Shown one piece after another: positions 1 to 12,189 of a DNA stretch of 64,000 nt. Below the pieces are notes generated by a model. It was not told where the DNA came from. It searched no databases and was given only the letters and a program-made list of their open reading frames with translations. The position numbers and the translations under genes are program-made. Every line of letters begins with the position of its first letter. Positions within the stretch are counted from its first letter, which is position 1. This DNA comes from Ramazzottius varieornatus (taxonomy: Eukaryota > Animalia > Tardigrada), in the NCBI GenBank assembly GCA_001949185.1, contig BDGG01000001.1:7328149-7392148 (forward strand), written 5' to 3'.

Positions 1-834
1 AAGACCTTGACCCCGCCTGCTCCTTACTCTACTAGGCAAAGTTGAGACTCGCTACTCGGTGCGCTCGATTAGCGTAACTTTTCCACGGAGTTTTTGCTAA
101 CATCTGCTCCTACGTGAGTTTTGAGCGAATCACTGGATTACACAGAATTGTGATCTAAGTGTAGAAAAACGGGAGTTAAAGTTCAATCCTAGTAAGCAAA
201 CCAAAAACGAGATGGACGAGACGACCAAAAAGGCTACAGTTAAAGGCCGAGTCAAATCAAATGACTTGCTAATGCTACCTCTCACCATGATCTTGCTAAA
301 TTTTCAGTTAAAGTACACGTAGTAGTTCTGTTCAGCGTTTATAAGCCGCAGTCACGCCCACAGTCGCACCCAGAGTTACACTACGGATTTCGGTTTCTTT
401 AGGTTGGCAAGCCACAGTTACAGTAGGTATGCAGTTACTGTAACAGTTGGCAATATTTCGAATGCGAAGTCAGCCGCCGAAAGGCGCAGTTAGAACTGTA
501 GTTTCTGTTCGTGCGACACCCTAAGCGAGAAAGATACTGGAGGGTGTCGAAATGTCTAGGAAACTGGAAACTAGTTCTGAGGCAGGACATTTTCGGTTTT
601 CTCTACGTAGGCAGTGCTTCCATAGTAGATCGCAGCACATCGTATTCACAGTGGACAAAGAAGGAACATGGTTCGTTGCATCGCAAAGTTCTCTGAAGGA
701 ATACTGCAGCTATCCAAAACCGTAAATCAACATCTGGTACAGTTAGTTAAAATGGCAGACATACATGAAAAGCACTTTCATGAGGAATCGTAACTCGAAG
801 GCAAAACTATCACAATTAATGGAGGCGACAGGCT

Positions 835-1870
835 TCAGTTTTGCTGCTTGTTATACCAGCGCTTGTGAACGACACCCTCACATTCGGAAGTCTGCAACAA
901 ACGAGCACCGCTGTCAGCAAATTGTCAGACCGGCGTTTCCAGGAAAAAAGCTGCAAAAGAGGAAGTAAGGTTTGATACCTTGGCCAGATTCTGCCCATCC
1001 ATCTCGTAGGTATTATGGATGACCTTGTTATGGGCGGGATACTTGACGGTACCCACCAAAGCACCGCCTTGTTCCTCATAGTTGACAGTGATCTGTTGAC
1101 CGTTATAAGATCCGGGAGTCTCTCGGCCGAGGCGGAAAATAACCTGGAATAACAATAAAAGGACACATAGGCCTCCCTGTCCGGAATACCATGCGTATCA
1201 CACGCATGTTATCGCCACGCTTCTCCATTACGGCACAACATGGAGTAATATGAAAGGCGTTACTACATTCGCGTCGGATAAAGCAACATGACATCCGGCT
1301 GGAAGAAAGCTGCCAGGTCCATCAAACTTACATCGTTAATGTAGCCGGCTTCCTCGACCACGATCTTATGATGGTACTTGTCACCCTTCTTGAAGGTCTG
1401 AAGTGTAACGGGTTGATCCTTCTTCATGTTGGGATGGTTCATGTCGACACCTGTTGAACCCGGAAGCGGAAGTTGGAAGCCAGTCAATCAATGACAGTCA
1501 ATCAAGCGTAAGTCTCCGGCTTACCCATGACAGCAAGGTAAGCCTCCAAATTTTGATCCTTCTCTGGGATAGAGCTCCACTTGCCCAGCCAGAATTTCGA
1601 TCTCCAGTCGAAGTTGTCGACATCAGCTGCTAATCGGTTCGGCGGATCATGTTGATCTCCCCAGGTTTCCCCGTGCCAAACGGAGCCTGGCAGGTCGACA
1701 TTGGCGGCATGACTGGCTGCAAAGTTCCGACGACGTTGGGCAGCCGATGGAGCGGGAGCTGCGTTCTGGATGGGTGCCGGATTAGGCTCCACAGTGGGAA
1801 ATAAAGGAGCTGAAGGTGAGGACAGGAAAAGACTTTGCCAGGACGGCCACGTTGCTGACGGTTGCTCACC
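835..1870 (-). CDS. SAHS: SAHS-family (secretory-abundant heat-soluble, FABP-like beta-barrel) protein with a long N-terminal extension; first exon unresolved
   Basis: Exons 1870-1525, 1450-1332, 1143-979 and 891-835 splice to ...FWLGKWSSIPEKDQNLEAYLAVMG/VDMNHP...KKGDKYHHKIVVEEAGYIND/VIFRLG...YEEQGGALVGTVKYPAHNKVIHNTYEMDGQNLAK/TSECEGVVHKRWYNKQQN*. This is colinear with recalled SAHS1 motifs (WMGKW, KEGDHYHH, NKVIHDEY, KRWYK). Paralog number unknown. Confidence 0.9.
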
Positions 1871-2150
1871 CTAAAATCTGGATGGAACGGTGCAAGCCGA
1901 AACAACAGACCATGCGAAGGCTAAGCGTCAGTATCCGCTTCGTCATTCTCCCGCTTCGCCTGATTTGAATAGGACAGAGTAACAGACCAATCCTGGTGCT
2001 TCTAATGACTCATTGGCAGTATTCGGCGGGTAAACACTCCGTGAAGCACGGTACGGCCTGTCAAAAGCTCGAGGAATCATGCATCAACATAATCCTCATG
2101 AAAACCAATGACTTGATTAGCTGATTAGAAGACAAAACACATAATCGTTA

Positions 2151-2490
2151 CGAGGTAAACGTCCCAATTCGGGCGGGCCAATTTTCTCGTCACAATTTGG
2201 GCGGTCTGTATCTCAGCTGTTTCTGCTCCAAACTGCCTAGTTTTTGCTTCCCAGGGTAGAACATCCTCTCTTCTATCTCTTGTGATAGGTTGAGATATCG
2301 AAAGATGTCAAAGAGTTGCGGAGTCAGCGGTGGGAGGAAGAGGGGTATGCGCAATGTTAAAAAGCCTAAAGTTGTATCAACCGATCTACGGTGATCAATC
2401 AATACAGCGTAGCAAATAACGTATCAACTTTTCGAGCCGCCCGAATTGTGACGAGAAAATTGGCCCGTCCGAATTGTGACGTTTACCTCG
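2151..2490. mobile_element. Non-autonomous Tc1/mariner-type MITE, ~340 bp
   Basis: ~55-bp terminal inverted repeats (CGAGGTAAACGTCCCAATTCGGGCGGGCCAATTTTCTCGTCACAATT... / ...AATTGTGACGAGAAAATTGGCCCGTCCGAATTGTGACGTTTACCTCG), flanked by TA at 2149-2150 and 2491-2492. Confidence 0.85.
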
Positions 2491-3310
2491 TAGCCTTAAT
2501 TTTGATCGAAGGATGGCTTTTTGGCAGGCCAAGTATATTCGCAGCAGCGTCCAGATCGTGGTACCGGAATGTTTACCGCGGTCCGCCGAGCACTGTGCGA
2601 AACTCATCGGTTGAGTCATCTCAGATGACTCTGAAAGTCAGAATTTGATTTTCTTTCTCGGATTATTATTACACTGTACTACTTTTCCTCCCATCAGAAA
2701 TCTTCCGTCCTTTGTTCACTGAAATAGATCTGCATCCATCCGCGTTGATTTTGCCTCAGGTCTTAGCTGGTACCGAGCCATTACTTGTTGCTCATCGTCA
2801 CATTGAGTATCGCAGAAGGAGGTGGAAATCGCGCGCTGGATTTCCAGGTAACCTATGCTTGAAGTCCAATTCCCACTGTCTGATCGAAGCTTCTCTCTTC
2901 TACACGAAGAATGAAGATTTGAATGTGGTGAATCGATCACTGAAATCGAGTCAAACTTCGGCAAAGGTACAACGTGGAAGTTTGTTGAAGCAGCGCCGAC
3001 GTTATCGGTGCTGTTTATGTATTCGCTTGCATCTTTGATTGTTTGATCTGTTATTCATCTGATATTGTTTATTTTCTGCAGTTATCGAAGTCTCCTTCTC
3101 AGGAAGAGTGTGGGACGTAGGAAGTCCCAGTAGTCTTGCCCGTCGTCTGGAAGGAACAGTCGTACAAGATCAAGGTAAACAAGAGTCGAGTTATCGACGT
3201 GGATGTTATTGTTTGTTCCGGCTTGATCCCAGCTCGATGACTCTATTTCTATGTGCGTCGATAAAACATTCGTCTCTAAACTCATTCATGTCTTTTTATG
3301 GCATTACAGG

Positions 3311-3784
3311 ATGTATAATGCAAATTCCGCGGGTGGAGGGACGTCGGGTGCGGGTGGTTCCGGACGTCAGGGAGGTAACAAGATAGAGCAGACACAAAAG
3401 CAAGTCAATGAAGTGATCGACGTGATGAAAGACAACGTCAATCGCGTCCTTGAGCGTGGTGATCGGCTAGCAGACTTGGACGAACGAGCTGACGCGCTGC
3501 AATTTGGAGCTCACCAGTTCCAGGCCACAGCCAAGAAAGTGAAGCGCAAGTACTGGTGGAAGAACCTCAAGATGTGGATCCTCATTGGAGTGATCTTGGC
3601 TGTAATCATTACGGTCATAGTCGTGGCCACGCTTCCCCCAGGTTCAGGTGGCAGTAGCACTTCCGGAAGCCCAACTCCTGGGAAGGTGAACCAGCCCGCT
3701 CCTGCTGCGGATCAACCTAAAGCACTACCACAGAACGGGCTACCGCAAAGTCCGGTGGCACTTCCGGGCCAAGCGAATGGATGA
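3311..3784 (+). CDS. Synaptobrevin/VAMP (R-SNARE) with a P/G/Q-rich lumenal tail
   Basis: R-SNARE motif QTQKQVNEVIDVMKDNVNRVLERGDRLADLDERADALQ, then KRKYWWKNLK and a TM helix. ATG 3311 follows the acceptor ttacag. Confidence 0.93.
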   Translation: MYNANSAGGGTSGAGGSGRQGGNKIEQTQKQVNEVIDVMKDNVNRVLERGDRLADLDERADALQFGAHQFQATAKKVKRKYWWKNLKMWILIGVILAVIITVIVVATLPPGSGGSSTSGSPTPGKVNQPAPAADQPKALPQNGLPQSPVALPGQANG

Positions 3785-3806
3785 CGCTAGATTCATCGAT
3801 AAATTT

Positions 3807-3910
3807 GGGACCTCGGCAGATTGTTTCCCAAGTGGCGCCTGTTCCCAGTATTATTGGGTGGAAGCGTGCGCCACTTTGAAAATGGTCTTGTCTGACTCAT
3901 TTGCCGAGCT
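3807..3910. repeat. Hairpin family 1 copy (AAGTGGCGCA-27 nt-TGCGCCACTT), downstream of the VAMP stop
   Basis: ccaagtggcgcc[3840-3866]tgcgccactt with outer arms. Confidence 0.85.
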
Positions 3911-4554
3911 TCCATTTCTCTTCATCGTTAAAAATAGAAAGTATCAAGATGAAGAACTTTCTCCATGTACGTTGAACTGAAGTGTCGATTTCAATTTATT
4001 TCATCTGATTATCGAAATTGTGTTAATTTGGACGGGAAGATTTCTGATCGAGACTTGCCTTACGTTCTTTTCTAACGTCCATTTTGTACGGAAAGATTTT
4101 GGTTTCGCTGTTGACAGTTTAATGGCTCATTCTCTTCCATCTGGCAGTTTATTCTTGGTGGCGTTGTGAGGAGGAACTTGCACAGTCGTTATCGTTCTGA
4201 TGTACTGCTTGGAATTTTATCGTAATTATTGGACTTTGGAACGAAATTCATTTGTTTGCTGACTTTGCTCCTTGTTATTAACTTACATACCTTCCTTCCG
4301 GAACTTGGGACGATTAAAACCTGTCTGCGGATTTTTGTTGCAACTGAATTCGGTTTTTCTGATGAGCTTTCGAACTCTGGAACAAACGTGGCAATTATAT
4401 CAGACGGATTTAGAAATCAAACGGACTTTTCAACGGGGAAATAGCTGAAACTCTTCAAGAAACTCTTCACGTAAAATGTACAATCAGGAAAACTGGGAAA
4501 TTGCAAAGAACTGTGCTCATAAAAGAAATAAATACAATATAAAGTACGGAAAAG

Positions 4555-7500
4555 CTACCGGGAACCAGCTCGGACAAAACGGGAGCCTGCTACGCTCAAG
4601 CTGCTTCGGCGACCGTCGGTCGAGTCCTTCATCTCTTTACTCCAACCCAGCGAGGTTTTCCGAGCGACGCACAACTCAGTTACTTCTTCGACTTCCCGTA
4701 GAAGCTGAAAGAAGAAGAAAAGTTTAGTTTGAACCAGAGATAATCTGGCAAATGTCGGCAAATGCCGGCAAACGACTTGGGCAAGATCGTTTTTCGAAGT
4801 GGCGCGCACCACTAGCTAAATAAACGAAAGAGTGTGCAACTTGTCATGACGATCATGATTAAAACTCCAAAGCCCCTCTGTGGAAGAACTGCGGAAGTAC
4901 CTCGGGTAGTCGCTCGTTCATTTCCCGGGTGGCGTGGGTCTTGAATAGATTATGGAATTCTTTCGGGTTGTCCAGCTTGAAAGCATCGGCTTCCTTGAGG
5001 AAGGCATCAATATCATGAATTATTCCAGCTGCACTGGCATCAGGAGTTATGGTCCAACGGGCTCCGAGACGGTCCATGCCGTCCCTGCACCACTTTTCTG
5101 CCTGCAAGTATGAATAAATCTAAGATTGATTGAGAGACGCTTTTTGCCACTTTCGGTAAGAGTTCAAAAAAGTGACACAAAAGTGACAAAACCCCCTATC
5201 ACTACTGGGCGAACCGGCACGCCCCTGACCATAGTTCCCCGAAGCTTGGGGCCTTGGGCTTAACTTCCGGCGGCCCTCTGTCAGCGGTGGTTGGATTGCG
5301 CCCGGGGCTTATTTCGAAATTGGACAGATTGCGGGGCACTCCTCGGGCGGTCAGGGGTGGAATCACGATCAAGGTTTCGGTTTACAAACAAACAGAAATG
5401 GTGCCCTGATTGGTTGAACCGAACCCTGACGACTTTTTGTTGACCCTGACGACTCGAAAGCTATCAGGGATTTCGGCTTGTTTGCTGATAATCCAAAACG
5501 GCACCGGGTGCGAGGGGCTTTCGCGTTTTTCCAGCCCTGCACAATGTCTTCTTGCGTGCTTTTGCAACTTCTGTCTAAGATTACTTGGCCATCTCCAAAC
5601 TCAGCGTCTTCCCCTTGCTCCAGCTGCTTGCTGGGTATCGTCTTGACTAAACACGGCAGAAAAGAAAGGTATCTAGGTTATCCTGAGAGGCTGGAAGAAG
5701 CTTGTTCGACGAGCGGGCCTGCTAAGACAGCCATCCTACTCCTACATTGTCAAATCTCGTAGGTTTACCGCTCTTCTGAGCTATTTCCAAGGGTATCCTT
5801 GTACGGATCACCACGTTACTACAGTATATCGGCTACGCATCGTTCCTGAGTGAAAGGACTGCTAATCGTGGCAGAATCTGGTTGGCGGAAGAAGGCTGCG
5901 TCGGTTAACCGTACCTTGAGCCCAGTGATGATGGCTGTCTAGCGCTTCTCCTGGCTACGTCGATAGATTCGCGCAAAATATATATCGAGCCTCCCGTCTT
6001 AGCTTCTTGTACTCTAGCAGAACAGATACGAGAGGTCCAGGTTGATACGTCTGCGCGCAAGGCGGCTTACTGCGGAAGGGAAGACGCTGTGGCAGCCGGA
6101 AACGTCGGTAACGACAAAGTTACAAACCACAACAAAAACTATGCGATTCAACGCACCCTGATTTGAAGCTATCAGGGAAGCCTGTTTGTAGGCGTAACTC
6201 GAACCCTGCGAGCGACCCTGATAGGCTCTGTTTCAAGTAGTTCCGCAATCTCTCTATTTTCAGCTGCTTTTGTTCAGTTTGTTGTCGTTTTTTGTTCCAA
6301 CAAAATCAACTTCTTTGAGTTTGTTACCTTGTTGATCCTCTCCTCCAGCTCCGTACATCTTGCCAGCTTCTCATCACAGTTCCTGGATTTTGACTCCAGG
6401 AGGGCTATCACACCTTCCAGCTCCTTGCACTTTGGACGGATACTGTCGTCAGCGTAATGGCGCGTGGCGATCAGGCGCTTGCCCATAGCGAGAATATCCT
6501 TGGCTTGAGGAGTGATTTCCTGTAAGAAAATTCCAACAAATTTCTTGACCATGCTGTGCAGATGAACATTTCTTTTGAAGGTACTTACCTCAATGTCCTG
6601 AATGATGTCCGCCACGGCTTCGGACTTGACAAGATCGACCGACTGTTCAATCTTATCGTTGAGCTTGTTCAGCGCTTGCAACCTCTCGTTCATCGTCGGC
6701 CACAGATTCCTGAACTTCACCTCGAACTTCCGCAGCTGCTGACATTGAAGAAGCATGGGATAGTGTTCGGACCAGAAGTTGTCGAACTGCTTCTCGACGA
6801 AGGCCAGCCGCTCCATGCAGTCCCGAATGGTTAGGATATTCCTCATCCTGTCAGGCACTCTTTCCAAGTTGACCACTTTCTTCTTATCGTTGTCGAACTG
6901 TAGCATGACTTCCTGTAAGGCGTTCCCGCGCTTTATCCCCTCGTTAACGTCTGTCTTTAGGTGATTCCGCATGACCAGCTGCTCCTTGATCATCTCATCC
7001 GTCTCGTCGGTCTCGTTTGGCAAGTCGGTGTTACGCATCTTGTCCATCACATCCGTCGATTCGGCGTCCAGCTCACACGTGTTCATCTCGTACTTTTCCA
7101 CGGCCTGCAGAAAGCATTCTCAAGGTAAGAAAACAGCATACGCAGAACGAGTTTTTGAGACATGAATGTGATTAAGGTAATTTGGAATTACTGGGAGCTC
7201 GGCAAACAAACTCGACAAGATCGTTTCCAAAGTGGCGCACGTTTCCGGTGTTTACAGCTGAAAGCGTGCGTCACTTCGGAAAAACGACTTGTAGAGTTTG
7301 TCGGTCTAGGTCCCAAAAAACCCGAAAATGTCTCACCAGACGGTGTGAGCACCAGGTTTTGTGATCATACAGCAGCGGTCCTCCAAGGGTGGGTGGTAGT
7401 TGGTCAAGGGTGAAGAAGCCATCACTGCACAGGTCTTCCGCTTTCTGGAGGAACCTGACGGGAAGGTTGTAGCCATTGACTTGCTTCAAGCCAGCACCGA

Positions 7501-9366
7501 AAGTCTTCTGTAGAATACTGTTGGGCTCCAGGCAGTAAATCAGCTCTACCGGAGCAGGGAAATGTTCCTGCAAAACACAAACCCAAAGTAAGAGTAGAGA
7601 ACATCATTATTATATACTTCCAGACCTGAACCGAAAATCTGACAACCATTAGTCAAGGCCGTGCTGACTGACGTCGCAGCGGAAGTTCACGGACCATCAG
7701 AGAACCTCGAGAAGTCTTTGCTTTCAGTTGACTTAGGAGGCATTTTGAAGTTCTAAGGTGTGTTTCGTCTGTGTCGACTAGATTTCGACCGACACGAGGT
7801 TTACTTTTCAGGAGTTTCTGTTGCTTACCCGGATCTTCCATAAGGTTGCGCGGGTTGCTAGCCAGGTATCGTTTCTTCGATCGACGATGATGACGAACCC
7901 TCTCTTTTGCTCGGCATGTCTGAAAGATGAAAGTCTGGTTAGCGCACTATTTTTGGATCCATGAATAAATTTTAGATAGCGAATGGACGTTGATGTGAAC
8001 AAGCATGTGGTGAGATGAAGGCAAGCTGGGTCGTTACTTCAGCTTGATCTTGTGTGCACGCCATGGTGGTTGTTTGGTTTTGCCGATTATAGTTTCAAGA
8101 GCCGGGGTTGTTGCTGGCAGAAACTTGATCGAGAACTGCCGAGTGGTGCAGAGTACACAGCCAGTAAAACTTGTTTCCGTAATTTATGTGATGTGGGCCA
8201 GTGTGGCAGCACAACATTCACCATCGCTAATCTTCCCAATTTGTTTATGAGCGCATTTATGACGACAAGCCCATCTGTTGCGGCCGTCAAGAAGGCCTGA
8301 TGCTATTATTGCCTGCCAAACACTTCGTAATACGGTGATGTAAAGTAAACGATAATCGTCAAAGTCGCGTTTAAAACGGACCAGCTGAGGGAATACGACT
8401 CGTTATGAATAGCGAGAGTTCAACAGGTCCTCGAGTGACTGAAACCTGCCATAGGACCGCTATACCCACCTGAACTCGCGCATGACGTAGATGTTAAATC
8501 AGCGTGTGGCTTGTAACTTGTAAGCTTAAGTGGTTTCACATCGTGACGTCTTAGTCGGACAGTTTAGACTTACGTGTGGATCTTGCAATAGTAGGATAGT
8601 AAGCAGGAGGCTTCTTCGTCGGTGAGGCTGCCAAGACGAGCGTTATCCGGGATAACCAGAATAGGATGGCGTTCTTTGGTCGTTCCACCTGGACGACAAA
8701 TCAAGAATTCGATCAAGCAAAGGGTTCCAATAACAGTAAAATCGAAAAGTCAGATTTCTCTGTTTGAGTCGCGCATTCATGTTTCGTGTCGTAAATTTCC
8801 CCTCCCGGACCTAACGAGTTAGAGTAGCTTGACCCGGGTGAAATTTACGGATGCTGAAATTATACGTTCTTACCTGGAGCGGTAATGGCTTCCTTGTACA
8901 GAAGATCCGGGTGAGGTGCCATCATGCTGATGAGGCTCATCTTGTCTCGCAACTCGTCATAAATGTCCGAATCCTTCTCGGAGCCCGTCCGAGAACTCGT
9001 GTAGGAATCTGTGTCAGACAAGATAAACAAATCAAAGATTTTAGGAGAACGTTGGTCACATGTGTGTATAGATTGAGGTTTTGAGAGAAGAGGACGTATG
9101 ATGAACCAGATTTTGATCAAGAACTTGAAATAAAGCAAGCACAAGAGCATTGCACTCGTGCAAAAGACTGCCAGCAGCAATGTTGACTACAACGCTGCTT
9201 TCAGGTAAGTTGTCTCTGTTGGCCAATGAAAATCGCACCTAGCGAGGAACTGGTTTCTTGTGGGTTCAAGTGTACAACGTTGACTGTGAAAGGTGCATAT
9301 GTATCGATATCGCAGACTTGCACGCCGAATACCGCCGAACTCACCTGCGGATGTTTGTCGTTCCAT
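4555..9366 (-). CDS. Dbs/MCF2L-like SEC14 + spectrin-repeat protein, without a DH-PH module
   Basis: First coding exon MERQTSA (ATG 9366) splices to DSYTSS...LLYKEAITAPG. It contains SEC14-type RGFVIIVDRRNDTW and FPAPVELIYCLEP, and spectrin-like exons (HYADDSIRPKCKEL, AEKWCRDGMDRL). Stop at 4555. Confidence 0.75.
4765..4810. repeat. Hairpin family 1, left half only, last intron of the Dbs-like gene
   Basis: cggcaaacgacttgggcaagatcgtttttcgaagtggcgcg. Confidence 0.65.
7193..7295. repeat. Hairpin family 1 copy, intron of the Dbs-like gene
   Basis: gggagctcggcaaacaaactcgacaagatcgtttccaaagtggcgca[7240-7266]tgcgtcactt. Confidence 0.9.
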
Positions 9367-11222
9367 GGCGAAAAACTGCGCCGGTTTGTACCGCAAGTGC
9401 AATATGTGCGGGCGGTTGATGAAAATAGTCTGATGACGTTTGCAAAGTGTCAAGCATGAAGAAGACGGCCCGCCATCGGTTCGCGCGGTACCATGCTTGT
9501 GTCGCTTGAGCTCTCCTTCAGCCGTCACGCTGATAATGCCAAGCAGGTTAATTGCAAAAAAGAGTACGGTGAAAGCCCCGACAGAGATAGCATGGAGCCC
9601 AATGTTATTCCGTGCAGACTCGCGCACTGAAAACAGGTGAGTGGAAAAATAGTATAGCGTGAGAGATTTGGGGTACGAAGGAAGGTGGTTCGTCGAGGAA
9701 GATGCGGAAAAGGGGGTGACAAATTTAGCAGTGACTTTGAGACGGTTGGTTTGTGTCAACAAGAAGTCCGCGTGAGGCTTGTGAGAAAGTCTGGTTGATG
9801 AAGGCCGTTGAAGGTTCGCGGTGGAGTCTTGGGGGAAGGAGTAAACAGGGGCAGCACGTGGATGAACTAAGCTTGTCGAACGTTATGATAACGGGCTTTA
9901 CACGGAAGGCTGCAAAAGCTGAGGTTGAGGACTTCAACTTTAGCACACAGAAAGGACGCTGGGTGATATTTTCCGATCGAAGGTCGAAGCGATTAGAATA
10001 GCGGTATGCGATATCAAAATTTGCCAATTTTTACAGGTGAGTTTGAACAAAGAAACGGACCGATCACGAAGGAGGAACTTTCCACAGAGGGAGAAAAGCA
10101 CGGAAAATGGACCGAAGGCTTTTTTGGAGTGACAGGTAAGAACTGCGGAAAGTCGGAGAAAATCGATCGTCAGAAATCCGTAGGGAAGGTAAGAGTGGGT
10201 GGGATGAAAGGGTGAAGGTACAGACGTCGATATCGTGCGGCGGGGAAAAATGAGGTTGCACCAAGGTGTAACGAAAGGCCCACGGTAATTATCGATCGGA
10301 GGTTCGATGCTTGTGGTGCCCATGCAGGTATAGGTTTAGAGTGATAGATCATGTTTTATTCATATCGACAGGCGAGCGAAGCCAACCAGCGCGTGTCTCC
10401 GTTCATTCTCTGGACGACAACGCGCTGTGTTGGCGTTCTGTCGCTTTCACGAGTGGGTCGTGAAAGCATGCGTGTGGATTTTCTGCCTGATGAGAAAAGA
10501 CTGGTCAGTAGGGAGACGTGGCGGTAGTTGCAAATGCTTCTGTTGTTTCAAGCTGATGTTGGCAGTTTGCGCGTGAAGACTCTGAAGAGGTGCCACGCCC
10601 TGTCATTTTGAGTACTATTGGGTACTGACGAGACGGGCTTGTTGACAGATGGTGACGTTGAACGAAACGCTGTCAGACTTGATAATTGGGTGTGTGGATG
10701 CGTCTGTTGTAAATTTAGAATTTAGAAGAGAAATTAATTGGCAGACGGACTGGTGATGTCATGGCTTGACAGTTTGCTGTTGCTGAGGATAATACTTAAT
10801 TACAGTGATTAAAAATTTAGTGCAAGCTTTGCGAAACGGAGATACAAGGTGTGTTGAACGGTGGATTGGATTGGGGAAAATTTATGAGCGTGGTTGGTGT
10901 GTACCCAAGGCTTGTAGGATAAACTGTGCGACAGAGAAGAGCGCTCGTTTCCGGTCAGAAGCGGAACGTCAGAGAAGAGTTGACGCGATAAGCTCCAGTA
11001 AATTCGCTTCTGCACGAGATTGACGGTGGAAGACGAGAGTAAAATGCTTAGGAAAAAAGGTTGGTGCTGACCGACGTGGGAAACCGTAGTAAATCAAGCA
11101 CATCAAGGTCCATTCAAGCACAGAGGCTTTCTCGATGCCGCTCCTATAAGCTCTAGACTGAACACTTCAATTGAAAGTTTGTAGTCAGGTGGATATAGAG
11201 TCAACTTGTTTGCTGTTCAGAA

Positions 11223-11870
11223 ATGAGGAAAATCAGAGAAGTCCCGTTTTTGGGAATCATATTAGCGCTGGTTGTGATGCAGGTTGATGCGGGAGGTATT
11301 CCGGGTATCAGGAATATGAACAGACTTTTAAAGTCCATTCGAAAGACCTTCATTGGAGGCGGCGGAAGGCGGGGAGCTGCTGTGACGACTACAACGACGA
11401 CCTTACCCACCACGGAGGCAAGCGGGTTCAACCTCGCCAGTTTGAATCTGGGAAACCTAGGTATGGATGGAGGAAGCGGTGGAAGCGGGAGTGGAGGGAA
11501 GGGATTCGACCCAGCCGCCATACTGGCGCAGTTGGGTCTTCGTGGTCTCCCGCCTGGTGGCGCCACCAGTAACGCGGTTGCGCCGAGTGGGGAAGGAAGG
11601 GCGAAAGGAGGAAGCCTGCTAGAGACCAGTGGATCGCAGAATTTCAAGACGGCAGCGGTGCCATTTAACCCGGCGGATTTGTTGGGACAGCTGAGTATTT
11701 CGTTTGAAAAGAGTCAGACAAAGACGGGTGGCCAAAGTTCGGGTGATGTGACGTCGCAGTTCTTGGGAATGCTGCCGATGTTGTTGTCGGTGGCGAAACC
11801 TGTCATGGCGGGATATAAAGGCACAGCTCAATACGGAGACTTCATGGTAAGCCGCCAAGGTTATTATTGA
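11223..11870 (+). CDS. Orphan secreted Gly-rich protein, 215 aa, single exon
   Basis: Signal-peptide-like FLGIILALVVMQVDA, an uninterrupted ORF and a TATA-like tataag at ~11146. Confidence 0.75.
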   Translation: MRKIREVPFLGIILALVVMQVDAGGIPGIRNMNRLLKSIRKTFIGGGGRRGAAVTTTTTTLPTTEASGFNLASLNLGNLGMDGGSGGSGSGGKGFDPAAILAQLGLRGLPPGGATSNAVAPSGEGRAKGGSLLETSGSQNFKTAAVPFNPADLLGQLSISFEKSQTKTGGQSSGDVTSQFLGMLPMLLSVAKPVMAGYKGTAQYGDFMVSRQGYY

Positions 11871-12189
11871 CAAGTTCGAACAGAGAGTAGTCGTAGCAAA
11901 ATGTGAGCTGGGAGTGCAGTCTCCGTGGAATCTGCACAAAATACAGCCACCGTGCTAGCAAATACATTAAAGGAATAAGTTAACGTCGACGCTTGCACCC
12001 AACTTTCTGAGCAGCGTCAAGATACGGGAAAGAAATTTACCCGATGAAGTTTATTTTTCGAAAAATATCTTTTTTCATATTTCGGAAAACCTTGAAATAC
12101 ATGTAGATTTTGGTGGAAACAAGTTGATATTTTTTACAAGGCTGTCTCTTGGTGAAATATTCCTTGTCCACGGGTTTTGGTTGCAGACA

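Noticed and set aside
1-830. Short ORFs and recurring acagtt/tacagt words
   Set aside because: No coherent gene model or periodicity.
1870-1946. MTKRILTLSLRMVCC... as a mitochondrial-type first exon of the SAHS gene
   Set aside because: The gtgagc donor is phase 2 but the next acceptor needs phase 1. The alternative needs a 40-nt intron with a weak donor, so this is unsupported without cDNA.
5190-6240. Large intron with recurring accctga / agctatcaggga motifs
   Set aside because: Possibly an old transposon remnant, but no ends, TSD or coding trace could be defined.
9187-10352. Several 60-190 aa ORFs upstream of the Dbs-like gene
   Set aside because: No recognisable motifs, mostly non-ATG starts; more likely 5' UTR or intron, except the MERQTSA exon.
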